A DNA stretch of 64,000 bases from Tubulanus polymorphus (taxonomy: Eukaryota; Animalia; Nemertea), in contig NC_134028.1 of assembly GCF_964204645.1 (NCBI RefSeq), forward strand, positions 14,205,653 to 14,269,652, written 5' to 3'. Made by a program: the position numbers and the translations under genes. The notes under the pieces are model-generated. The model did not search any database, was not told where the DNA came from, and saw only the letters and a list, made by a program, of their open reading frames with translations. This document shows, piece after piece, positions 1 to 11,168 of this stretch (positions are counted from its first letter, which is position 1; each line of letters starts with the position of its first letter).

Positions 1-207
1 ATTTATAAATCAAATTTTTATTAAAATTGATTAACATTTTAGAATCCTCTTCCATTTCTTCGACTAACGTCATCCTTTTTCATTCCTCGCTGCTTTTGAT
101 AAGTCATTTCGGATCCTCGATAATAAATCCTCAACTGAAAATCAATTCAACGAAACGACTGGTGGAAATATTATTTCATAAACACATATATTTATTATGT
201 AAATTTT

Positions 208-545
208 AGCGATCGATAATAGAACAATGGAGAACAATAGAAAAGCGGTCCAATCGGACCGGTTATTGCGCAATACACAGTTATATTTTTATTCTGTAAA
301 CTACAACATTCAAACATAGAACTGTAACCAATCAATATTGAGCAGCTGTTTCCGTCAACAACGATCAATAATAGAACAATGAAGAACAATAGAAAAGCGG
401 TCCAATCGGACCCGTTATTGCGCAATACTTAGTTAACAGTAATCAATCAATACAGAACAACCGCCGCCATTAACAACGATCAATAATAGAACAATGGAGA
501 ACAATAGAAAAGCGGTCCAATCGGACCGGTTATTGCGCAATACTT
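208..545. repeat. Three dispersed ~65-bp direct repeats in element A
   Basis: Unit GATCAATAATAGAACAATGGAGAACAATAGAAAAGCGGTCCAATCGGACCGGTTATTGCGCAATAC at ~211, ~363 and ~478, with internal palindromes. Confidence 0.9.
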
Positions 546-639
546 AGTTAACAGTAATCAATACAATATTAAAACAGATATATACAATCGAGATTACATT
601 TTTTGATATCTATATCACAAAGACCTTCAGTGTTATAAT

Positions 640-1017
640 TTATAATTTTATCCAGAATTCTTTAATTACTGGATTGTGTCCAATCATTTCTTCAATTTCT
701 GGTAAATATCTGACTACTTCACTAAATGCTAATGCTAATATTTTGAATTTTTCATATTTTATTAATCTACCTACTCTTCTCAGTTTTCTTTCAAAGCCGG
801 CACTGATATCTCCACTCATTTTCTTAGTTTTCGATTCGTTGAGTCCCAACAGCAATTTAAGTCGCGTTGCTGGTAATTTTGGTAATTGTAGTTCGCGCGG
901 TAAATGTTTATTATGTATTACATCACTCAGAATTTTCACCATTTCTTGATGATAGTCCAAATGTTCTTGTAATTTTTGTGAAGTTTGTTCGTCAATTACG
1001 AGAGTTTCATCCTCCAT
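640..1017 (-). CDS. Hypothetical 125-aa protein of element A
   Basis: ATG-started ORF with protein-like composition; degenerate homologous remnants lie in elements B and D. Confidence 0.6.
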   Translation of the reverse strand: MEDETLVIDEQTSQKLQEHLDYHQEMVKILSDVIHNKHLPRELQLPKLPATRLKLLLGLNESKTKKMSGDISAGFERKLRRVGRLIKYEKFKILALAFSEVVRYLPEIEEMIGHNPVIKEFWIKL

Positions 1018-1403
1018 TTCTATTGATTCCTGTGACTTGGAATTTCTGGTCGATCTCTGTATTCCATTTTAATCTAAAAGATGCCGTGAAAATGAATTAC
1101 TGTACTTAAATATGTTTAAAGGTTTCCCTACTTCATAATAACTACAAAAAACGGTACTTACATTTAGATTTAGAACTGTAAACTGTGTTTTGAGAGAGTT
1201 GATTTCTCACTGCCGACGTGGCGCACGTTCGACCAAACTAATTATTTCTGCATGTTTGCCTGGATTGTAACAGATGTTCTTTATGATGAAGTTAATTAAT
1301 TCTTTAGAATTGAAAACAAGATATATTTGGCAACATATGTTTTAGTGGTAAGCAAAAGCTATGTATTATAGACATACAAAGCTCAAATAGAATTGCCAGC
1401 TTT

Positions 1404-2073
1404 CTAACCACTGATCAAAACCTCAGAATGCGGTTGATTCTGTGAAATACTATTCCATAATTCAACAAATGTCTTTGCTTTATCCAGTTTATCTAAATAT
1501 AACTGTAAATCTAGTTTATTAGATTTAATTATGTTTTCCTTCTTTTCTAAAGGTCTTAAATTTCTCCAGTTCCAGATTAGCTTCTTATTATAATGATCAC
1601 TCATGTCAAATTTAGAAATCAGCAACACGTGATCAATATGAAAGTATTCACCATAATTATCTATATTCATTTTATCATTAAACTGATATATTATCCATGA
1701 TTTTAAGAATTCATCTGAACAACCCAATAAATTAGATAGTGTTTCTGAATGCGTTTCTTTGTTGAATAATTGTGTTAATCTAGATCTTAAACATTGTTTC
1801 AATCTAAAATTAAGATCTGTTTTATATCTTTCTCTCATATATTCTGCCATATAATAATTATAATGTTCTATATTATCTTCTCGATATTGTTTGGTATATA
1901 GTTTAGTACAAGTTTTACAGCAATATTGAAGACCATCATTGCTAATCTTACGCTTATTCTGTTTAAGCTAATTTATCTAATTCATCTAATTAATTAGAAC
2001 ACTTCTTGTAGTATATATTTATGACACCAGTGTTATTTGTAATATTTATAGTTTGTGGTTGTTCTGGTTCCAT
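1404..2073 (-). pseudogene. HNH/endonuclease VII-like protein with N-terminal CxxC zinc ribbon (frameshifted)
   Basis: HIDHVL...NLRPLEKKENIIKSNK motif. The 5' part is homologous to the intact copies at 5900 and 61200 but has indels. Confidence 0.75.
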
Positions 2074-2305
2074 TTATTATACATATTTTTTTACTAAATT
2101 GATTTTAGAAGTTCAATGATTTAAATATGAGTTATTTCAATCACACTTTACTAACACTTTTAATGTTTAAAAATCTAACTCATACAAATATGAATATTGA
2201 AATAATGTTTAAAATATATCTATCTATCTATTCTATAAGAGCTTACACTTTTATATTGAATAATCTGTCAATTTAAATGTTATTCATGTATATGATTATT
2301 TTAAG

Positions 2306-2709
2306 AGTAATAGGGGTAATAGGCTTTCAGGTTAAAGGTTGAATGGTCGAGTTCATTAAAAACAAATATTAAAAGTAATTTAAAACTATAATATATTTTC
2401 ATAACCGTGTGCATTTCAGTTGAATAATAGAATAATAATTATTATTAAAATATATTTGATTATATGAATTTGTGTATTGTATTAAATCAATTGGTCGCGG
2501 AGCGGTAGCGAAGCGGAGCGACCAATTGATTTAATACAATATGCTTTTAAAATTAAATTTATTAATATCTTAGAATAAATATTTAGTTATAATATGAAAT
2601 GCACACGGTTATGAAAATATATTATAGTTTTAAATTACTTTTAATATTTTTTTTTTTAATGAGCTCGACCGTTCGACCTTTGATTTGAAAGCCTATTACC
2701 CCTATTACT
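2306..2709. repeat. Terminal fold-back palindrome (404 bp) of element A
   Basis: AGTAATAGGGGTAATAGGCTTTCA at 2306 and its reverse complement ending at 2709; apical stem around a GC-rich loop at 2493-2523. Confidence 0.95.
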
Positions 2710-4056
2710 AACCAGGTTTTACCCCGTACCCTACCCGGGAACAAAGACACTTAAAGACTCCTTCCTCCTTGTAGAAATTGTAGAAATATGGCACCCAATC
2801 GTATCAATGCTAAGTATAGTTTACTATGACGGTTGAACCTTTATTAACGAATTTCAATGACACCGAAAATAGAATCAAAATAATCATAAGTTCCATGCTA
2901 GCACTTAATTTGGGTTATCAGGTTCAGCCTAACTGTACTTTCATTCAGTTACTACTTGTATGAGACTTGGCAATGATAAGTTGCAAGAAATCACCAAACA
3001 TAAAAAAGAATATTTTGAATTAATATTACTGTAATTAAGAATTTATTCAAATGAAGTGATAACTTCATTGTTAGATCGTACCGGTATATGCACAGATCGT
3101 ACGGGTATATGCACATAAAACAAAAAACACATCTAACAATCCACGCTTAAAACACGGTTCAGGACTCGTCAGCGGACACCGGCCCGGAAAACAATTCAAA
3201 ACGTGTATTGTCGGTACCTAGCACGATTTCAGCGTTTTTCGGGAATTCCCTGAAATTTCCGCGTTTTTATTTCCGCGTTTCAGCTTTTCAGTGTTTCAGC
3301 TTTTTCAGCGAAGTTCAGGAACCGTGATATGCTTTGTAAATATGATGTAATAAAATAAATTTTAATTAAATTTGAACATGAGAATCAAGCATAACTTGTG
3401 TTTTTTCAACTTGTCTTTTGTTTACAGTTCCAGGGTTTCAATTACAATCAAATCCAAATTGGCTAAAAAGTACATAGGACTAAATGAAATGAACCGTTAG
3501 TAACTGCAAACCTATTCCAGCGTTATGTCGATCGTGTTGAATCACTTTCCTTGTGTTGAAAGAATCAGATCTTCTATGGTACAACATCGGTCGAAGAGAG
3601 ATATCTTGGTGTTTACTGTCCTTGACCATCTAACTTCATGCGTTTGACATTGGAATATCAGCATCATACCCATTTGAAGTGCAAAATATTCATACAACAT
3701 GAAAACCTACAGTACATGTATACAGTAATTAAACTTTCACCGATGTTGGATATTTGAATGAACATTAGGTTTATTTCAGTATTCTAAAGCAGGAAATAAT
3801 AAGCCCAATCAAAAGGCCCTATTCCCATTGGAACAATTGTACAAGGCGTACAGCTGTACCGTACACTTATCAGTCAAGAATGGAGAAAAAGGTATACCAA
3901 ACCTACGAACATCAAAATGTACAGGCCTACAATGATTTCTGTTATACAAGCCGTGACCACATGAACGTTTTGGTTTGACTATTAAAGTCAGCAGGTCATA
4001 GAAGGCCTGGCCAAACTTAATCACATAGGTTAAATCAATAAGCCTTTCTGCGTGTG

Positions 4057-4250
4057 AGTAATAGGGGTTTAGTTGTTCTAGATCAAAGGTCGAACGGTCG
4101 AGAAATTTTCCAAATGTGAAAATAACAATAATTTCTACTTGAATTAGTCGGGCACACTCCTAATTCAAGTAGAAATTATTACTATTTCACATTTGGAAAA
4201 ATTTCTCGACCATTCAACCTTTAACCTAGAACAACTAAACCCCTATTACT
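4057..4250. repeat. Terminal fold-back palindrome (194 bp) of element B
   Basis: AGTAATAGGGGTTTAGTTGTTCTAG...CTAGAACAACTAAACCCCTATTACT, with inner stem ATTTCTACTTGAATTAG/CTAATTCAAGTAGAAAT. Confidence 0.95.
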
Positions 4251-4589
4251 CTTAAAATATTCATATGCAAGAATAAAATATAAATGAATAACATATAAAT
4301 TGATAGATTATTCAATATAAAAGTAACGAGTAATTAACGAGCTCTTATAGAATAGATATATAGAAATTTTTTTAAACATTATTTCAATATTCATATTTGT
4401 ATGAGTTAGATTTATAAACATTAAAAGTGTTAGTAAAGTGTGATTGAAATAATTCATATATACATGATATAATACATAGCTGTTTATATTAGAACATGAT
4501 TCTATTTGAGCCTATATACATTTCATGTAATGAACTCTTGAATAAATCTATAAATTCACAGCTGTTACAGCTGTTACTATGACGCCGAG

Positions 4590-4780
4590 ACATATGAGTC
4601 ATAATACTGCAAACGCGTAGAACATTCTAAAAGGTGTACCGGAACTCTGAATAGAGATGACATGTCATAATACTGCAAACGCGTAGAACATTCTAGAAGG
4701 TGTGCCGGAACTAGATGACGTGTCATAATCGAAGACGTGTTCATTTCGAAATCGCACCGGAACTGAATAGACGATGTAAC
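4590..4780. repeat. Short subterminal direct repeats (~66 bp)
   Basis: GTCATAATACTGCAAACGCGTAGAACATTCTA(A/G)AAGGTGT(A/G)CCGGAACT occurs twice, plus a partial copy. Confidence 0.8.
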
Positions 4781-5299
4781 ATAACGCTTAGGATATTCTC
4801 TCTCGAAACGCAATTAGGAGTTTATAGTTTACAATTCTAAATCTAAATGTAAGTACTGTTTTTTGTAGTTATTAGGGCTATTAAATATGAAACCTTTAGA
4901 TATATTTAAGTGTATTTAGTATATTTTTTAGATAGCTAGAGTTACCGCTAATATCTTTTAGATTAATAAAACGTCATACGCATCAAGAAGCGATAGAGAA
5001 ACTCAAGATACTCTTTCTGACTGAGGAATCAACAGCAATGGATATCGAACCAATAGAAACTGGCGTAGAACCACAAGAATCACAAAAGATCAACGAAGAA
5101 ACTATATAAGAATTTAAAAAACATAAAGACTCCAATGATTAAGTTTAACATTTGTTGATGTAGTTAAATATTTACCGGCAATTGAAAAAATGTTTGTAAT
5201 TATAAATTGTATTTATAGAAATCAAATGATGTATTGGAAGAAACGACTGAACATACTTGTATATGTATTGTGTAAATCTACTTGGTGAATGTTCTATGT

Positions 5300-5760
5300 T
5301 CGGTCGTTTCTATTTGCATAATGAATATATAATTATGATTAGCGCATGCGCATTAAGCAAAACCGGCCATAAATGGCCGCATGTGACTGACACATGTAAC
5401 GCATGTGACGCGGACATGAATGCGTTTGAATTTTCTGTGTTCAGTTGTTTCTATTTTACAGAATGAATATATAATTATGATTAGCGCCTGCGCATTAAGC
5501 AAAAACGCTCCTATAAGAGCGGTTTTGCCTAATGCGAACACGTTTTGATATTTTATGTCGGTTGTTTCTATTTTACAGAATTTACAGAATGAATATATAA
5601 TTATGATTAACACATGCACATTAAGCCAAGCGGACATCAATGGCCGCATGTGATGCATGTAGCGCATGTGTTGTTTCTATTGTACAGAATTTATAGAATG
5701 AATATATAATTATGATTAAGCAAAAGCGCTCCTATATGTCCGCATGTGACGCGGGTATTG
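5300..5760. repeat. Degenerate subterminal tandem repeats, homologous to 62021-62590
   Basis: Recurring GAATGAATATATAATTATGATTAGCGCATGCGCATTAAGCAAAA-like units. Confidence 0.8.
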
Positions 5761-5899
5761 TAACTGGTATGATTTAGATATCAAGGAACTGAAACGACTT
5801 ATCAAAAGCAGCGAGGAATGAAAAAGCATGACGTTGGTCGAAGAAATGGAAGAGGATTCTAAAATATTAACCAATTTAGTGAAAAAATGTGTATAATAA

Positions 5900-6568
5900 A
5901 TGGAACCAGAACAACCACAAACTATCAATATTACAAATAACACTGGTGATATAAATATATACTACAAGAAGTGTTCTAAGTGTGAATTAGATAAATTAGC
6001 TTTAACAGAATTTAGTAAGCGTAAGATTAGCAAAGATGGTTTTCAATATTGCTGTAAAACTTGTTTTAAACTATATACCAAACAATATCGAGAAGATAAT
6101 AGAGAAGCTTATAATTATTATATGACAGAATATATGAGAGAAAGATATCAAACATATCTTAATTTTAGATTGAAACAATGCTTAAGATCTAGATTAACAC
6201 AATTATTCAACAAAGAAACACATTCAGAAACATTATCTAATTTGTTGAGTTGTACAAATAAATTTCTCAAATCATGGATTATATTTAAATTCGATAGTCA
6301 AATGAATATAGATATTTATGGAGATTATTTTCATATTGATCATACGTTACCAATATCTAAATTTAACATGAATGATGAATACAATAAAAAACTTATTTGG
6401 AATTGGAAAAATTTAAGACCTCTTGAAAAGAAAGAAAATAAATTCAAATCTAATAAACTAGATTTACAGTTATATTTAGAACAGTTAACAAAGGCAAAGA
6501 AATTTATTGATCAATGGAACAATGATCCGAATAATGAACAATACGTTGAGTCTTTAATGAGTGGTTAA
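5900..6568 (+). CDS. HNH/endonuclease VII-like nuclease of the type seen in NCLDVs, with N-terminal zinc ribbon
   Basis: CSKC...CKTC, then FHIDHTLPISKF...NLRPLEKKENKFKSNK; intact 222-aa ORF. Confidence 0.75.
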   Translation: MEPEQPQTINITNNTGDINIYYKKCSKCELDKLALTEFSKRKISKDGFQYCCKTCFKLYTKQYREDNREAYNYYMTEYMRERYQTYLNFRLKQCLRSRLTQLFNKETHSETLSNLLSCTNKFLKSWIIFKFDSQMNIDIYGDYFHIDHTLPISKFNMNDEYNKKLIWNWKNLRPLEKKENKFKSNKLDLQLYLEQLTKAKKFIDQWNNDPNNEQYVESLMSG

Positions 6569-6817
6569 AAAATAATAGATTTTAAATAAAAAGCATTAAA
6601 AATTACGTACCTTCAACTAGCTAGTATTAGTTATTGTTTTTTTTAATATTTTCTTTTCAAAAAAGAATACTTTATATCACAAATAAAAAATACTAAAAAA
6701 AACAATAACGAATACTAAAATTCTTTACATTTAACTAAGCTAGTATTAATCTAAAGAGATACTGGCATCATTTTATAATACTTATAATATTTTTCTTATT
6801 AAATTTCTCTAATATAA

Positions 6818-7425
6818 ATGTCAAAGAAATCGAGTAAGAATAATACCAGTATTGAAAAAACATTAGATGATTTAGGTATTAGTGATAATAAGGATATTCC
6901 AACCAAAATTGAAAATAATATTTAAGTTAATAACAATATAGATTATTAATACTATTTATATTGTAAACACCATCTTGATTTACTAATTGCTATTTGTAAA
7001 TGTTTATCGGGAAAATAATAACTTTTCAAGAATTAGACGCTATGAAACCAGATAAAGTAATAAAATATTTTAAGATTTATGAAGAGGCAAGATTAGCTAG
7101 AATAAATGATTCTATTTCTGATGGTATTGTCAAATGTTATTCAAAATTATGTAACCGGTTAATACCAATTGATGATGAAAATAAATTATATAGTGATTTG
7201 AAAAATGACTATTTAGTTATGACTGAATTACAAAAATGGGTTGGTTATGCTTCATTTCAATTAGGATCGGTTATGACATTAATTTCTACTGGCGTCATAA
7301 CATTTTCGAATATCAAACCTATGGAATATAAATCAGGTAAGAACGAAACAGATGACGCTGTACTACAACCAAACGGCGAAACAGAAAATGAATCAGAACA
7401 AAAATTAACTAAAATAAAGGAGTGA
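6818..7425 (+). pseudogene. Conserved ~200-aa hypothetical Polinton protein (disrupted)
   Basis: Homologous to 43160-43757 and 60307-60887; starts at TAAATG (MSKKSSK); stop/frameshift in the 5' part. Confidence 0.7.
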
Positions 7426-7784
7426 TGGTGTTAAGAAAAAGGTTAGATCCGAGAAACAAATACAGTGGGCAAGAGAATTAGGTAAAAGATCTGCAGAATT
7501 AAAAAAGCTAAGAAAAAGAAATTAACTGATATAAATGAATCACAGACTTTATCTGATATTGATTCAAATAATAATCCATCTAATTATTCTAATAGTGGAA
7601 GAAATAATTACTTATATATTACAATTGGGTTAATCACAATTATTATATTATCCGGTGTAATATATAAATCAAAATTCAAATCTGATGATAAAGATGATTC
7701 AATGATAATAAACCTATCATACCAGAAAATAAGTCAAATCATAAAGCCATTGAAACTAAATCTAAATTATTATTAATGGATTAA
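7419..7784 (+). pseudogene. Small basic single-TM protein (start codon mutated, frameshifted)
   Basis: Homologous to the intact ORFs at 42758-43156 and 59912-60280. Confidence 0.7.
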
Positions 7785-7790
7785 AATAAG

Positions 7791-8894
7791 ATGAAAAAAG
7801 AACAACATTTAAGAGATTTATATTATAACCCAGAGAGTGAAGTATCATATTCTAGCGTTTCAGAATTATGGGGTAAAATTAAATCTGATAATGAAAATGG
7901 TAATATAAAATATAGTGAATTGAAATTATGGTTACAAAATCAACCAACATATCAAATCCATAAGAAAATGGATATAACTTATTTAACAAGAAAAGTTATG
8001 GTTTCATATATCGATCAACAATGGCAAGCAGATTTGATTGACATGAAGAACTTAGAAGAATACAACAAAGGATATTTCTGGATATTAAATGTTATAGACA
8101 TATTCAGTAGATACGCATAGTCAATTCCAATCAAAAATAAAACTGGTATAGAAGTGAAAAATGCTTTTAAATCAAGATTTAAAGAAGCTATTCCAGATAA
8201 GATACAATTTGATGAAGGTAAGGAATTTTATAACAAACATTTCAAAAAACTATTATCTGATAACGATGTAGATTATTTTCCAACACATTCAGATAAAAAA
8301 GCATCTATTATAGAAAGATTTAATAAAACATTGAAAACTAGAATGTGGAAATATTTTACTGCTAATGAAACATATAAATATATCGATGAGTCTATAAATA
8401 TGTTAGATGATTTAGTGAAAGGTTATAATAATTCTAAACATAGTTCTATAAATATGAAACCTATACAAGCTAGAAAAGAAGATAATTCAGAAATAGTTTG
8501 GAATAATTTATATGGAGCATTTGTTACACATGATTTTGGAGAACCTAAATTTAAAATAGGACAACACGTTAGAATATCTAAATATAGAAAAACCTTTTAT
8601 AAAGGTTATATCCCTAATTTTACAGAAGAAATATTCAAGATTAAAAATATAATATTAACTAAACCTTTTGTTTATAAATTAGAAGATCTAAAAGATGAAG
8701 AAATATTAGGTTATTTCTATGAACAAGAATTATCACTTGTACCAAACCCAGATGAAATAGAATACAAAATAGAAAAAGTATTAAAAACAAAAACTCTTAA
8801 AGGAAAAAAGTATTATTTGGTGAAATATAAAGGATATGATGATAAATTTAATGAATGGATTTTATCTAGTAAAATTAAAAGAATAAATGAATAA
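7791..8894 (+). pseudogene. Retroviral-like (rve) DDE integrase with C-terminal chromodomain, one internal stop
   Basis: WQADLIDM, IDIFSRYA, QFDEGKEF, IERFNKTLK catalytic motifs; YKIEKVL...YLVKYKGYDDKFNEWI chromodomain; TGG>TAG at ~8118. Confidence 0.93.
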
Positions 8895-9420
8895 AGATTT
8901 ATTTATATTTGAACCGCATAATATGTTAATAACTGGAGCAACAAACTGTGGTAAAACACATTTCATATTAGATTTGTTAGAAACTATTTATAAGAATCAT
9001 TTTGATAATATAATATTATTTTGTCCTACTTGTGAAATGAATAAAACATATAATAGAGATATAGTTAAGATAAAAAAGTTTATTATATTAGATCCTAAAA
9101 CAGTAAAAGAAAATTTAGATAATTGTATAAAAATAGCAATTGATACTTACAAAGGATCAAATACATTATTCATTATAGATGATTGCGCAAATTTACATGA
9201 TTCAAAAGTGAGAGAAAGTGAGTTATGTTATCTAGCTTTCTCTGGGAGACGTTTCGGGATAACAACATGGGTTTTGAATCAAAAATATAATTCAATTGTT
9301 AAAGACTTTAGGGAGAATATAAGATTTCTAGTTTTATTTTATAACAAAGATAAAAAATCTATGCAACAATCATTGGAAGAAAATCAAATTATACCTACTG
9401 AATTACAGGATGAATATATG
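8887..9420 (+). pseudogene. A32/FtsK-like packaging ATPase, 5' part (interrupted by insertion)
   Basis: Walker A GATNCGKT and Walker B LFIIDD. The reading frame resumes after the insertion at 13521 (NKLKNNKG*KLLLRLQFPYEYKF). Confidence 0.92.
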
Positions 9421-10008
9421 AGTAATAGGGATAATAGGCTTTCAGGCCAAAGGTCGAACGGTCGAGCTCATTAAAAACCAAAACATTAAAAGTAATTTAA
9501 AACTATAATATATTTTCATAACCGTGTGCATTTTATATTAAAAACTAAATATTTATCCTAAGATATCAATAATTTAAAAAGCATATTGATTTATTTACAA
9601 TACATAATTTCATATAATCAAATATATTCAAATGATAATAATTTCTACTTGAATTAGTCGGGAAACTCATAAAAAATGAAAAATAATTCTCACACACTCG
9701 AATTTATTTTTCATTTTCTACTCGCTAGAAAAAGTGTGAGTAAAGTGTGAGTGAAATAATTCATATTTTAACAGATTTCGAGTAAAAATATAAGTAAAAT
9801 AAATGGATAACTAAAAGAATATAAAAGTGTGAGTAAAGTGTGAGTGAAATAGTTTATATTTTAAACATATTTCAATATTTATATTTGTATGAGTTAGATT
9901 TTTAAACATTAAAAGTGTGAGTAAAGTGTGAGTGAAATAATTCATAAATCATTGAATATTTATATTTATATGTGTTGGATTCATTTTAATAAAAGTTTTG
10001 TTATTAAA

Positions 10009-10609
10009 ATGAAGACAGAAGAAGAAGAACCCAACTTTAAAATCGAAATCAATGAAACCAATAAATCATTTTCACAGTTTTACATTAGAAATTATATTTC
10101 AGCAACAAATTTAGTGTCCGCAAGACATTATAAAATCGATAATATTACTATGATTAATCAAATATTATCAAATGAAACATATTTAATTACTGAACTAGTA
10201 GATACTTTTGATAATGGTGTTAAAAATCCTAAAGTATTCAATACAGTTTTAAATTTTAAAGGAACTTTAGATGAAAACATAATTAATATTCTTAAAACTC
10301 CTTTCAATGAAAGAAATAATGATATAATACTTTCAAAAGATTACAATGATTTGATTAACTTAAGAATTGAAAAAAGGCAATTATATTATTTCAATTTTGA
10401 TAATAAACAAATTATCTATAACGAAAATTCATCAAATATTGGAATTCAATGTGAATTAGATAATGAAAAATCATTTAAAGATATTGCAGTTCAATGTAAT
10501 TTAGATGATGAATTTAGAAAATTCAATCCTAATGAAAAAGCGCATTGAAAAATCACATAAATCAAAGCATTATGAAACAATTAAACATAAAAACTGGCGT
10601 AAAGAGTAA
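10009..10609 (+). pseudogene. TIR-encoded ~200-aa protein, left copy (premature stop caused by the deletion)
   Basis: MKTEEEEPNF... started from TAAAATG. The right copy supplies the C-terminus VHWYCGGKYLKSHKSKHYETIKH, a degenerate zinc-finger-like motif. Confidence 0.65.
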
Positions 10610-10660
10610 CAATTCTACATTATAATTATTGAATTGAGTTAAATGATTTAAATATCTAAG

Positions 10661-11070
10661 AGACTGTTGAAATGATAAATTGTTTGACAGTTGAAATGAT
10701 AAATTGTTTGACAGTTGAAATGATAAATTGTTTGACAGTTGAAATGATAAATTGTTTGACAGTTGAAATGATAAATTGTTTGACAGTTGAAATAATAAAT
10801 TGTTTGACAGTTGAAATGATAAATTGTTCGACTGTTGAAATGTTAAATTGTTCGACTGTTAAAATGTTAAATTGTTCGACTGTTAAAATGTTAAATTGTT
10901 CTACTGTTGAAATGATGAATTATTCTACTGTTGAAATGATAAATTGTTTGACAGTTGAAATGATAAATTGTTTGACCGTTGAAATGATAAATGGTTTGAC
11001 AGTTGAAATGATAAATTGTTTGACAGTTTTAATGATAAATAGTTTGACTGTTGAAATGTTAAATTGTTTG
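10661..11070 (+). repeat. 24-bp minisatellite, ~17 units
   Basis: Unit GACAGTTGAAATGATAAATTGTTT with variants; inverted copy at ~11846-12255. Confidence 0.95.
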
Positions 11071-11168
11071 GTTGTAAATTTAATTGTTATTTGATTTGAA
11101 ACATATAAAAGTTGAATATTTCTAAAATATCAAATATTTATCAATTTAATAATTTTTTTCTTAAATAA

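Larger units (their letters stand above)
1..2709. mobile_element. Polinton/Maverick-like element A, one end only (continues left of the window)
   Basis: Ends in ...CCCCTATTACT (2709), the same terminus as complete elements C and D. Carries the family HNH-like gene and shared subterminal sequence. Host DNA starts at 2710 (AACCAG, candidate TSD; partner not visible). Confidence 0.85.
9421..11158 (+). repeat. Left TIR of the 4.1-kb element
   Basis: Near-identical reverse complement of 11756-13514, with a ~21-bp deletion near 10547. Confidence 0.95.

Noticed and set aside
2493-2523. AAV Rep-binding (GAGC)n element in the loop
   Set aside because: Spacing is 5-6 nt rather than tandem tetramers, and no HUH Rep gene is visible.
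2306-2709. Hairpins as independent MITE insertions
   Set aside because: They occur only at element ends, the inner side has a constant flank (TTTTAAG/TTTTATG) with no TSD, and the TSDs bracket the whole 17-18 kb elements.
2710-4056. Short ORF (3809-4024) and short ORFs at 25066-28079 as host genes
   Set aside because: No recognisable motifs and non-ATG or weak starts; likely spurious.
10661-11070. CRISPR-like appearance of the regular repeats (also 62021-62590)
   Set aside because: Units are contiguous with no unique spacers, there are no cas genes, and the context is eukaryotic.
10672-11094. (MINCLTVE)n ORFs here and at 11799-12242
   Set aside because: Translation of a stop-free 24-bp minisatellite; no TAAATG start and no unique coding sequence.
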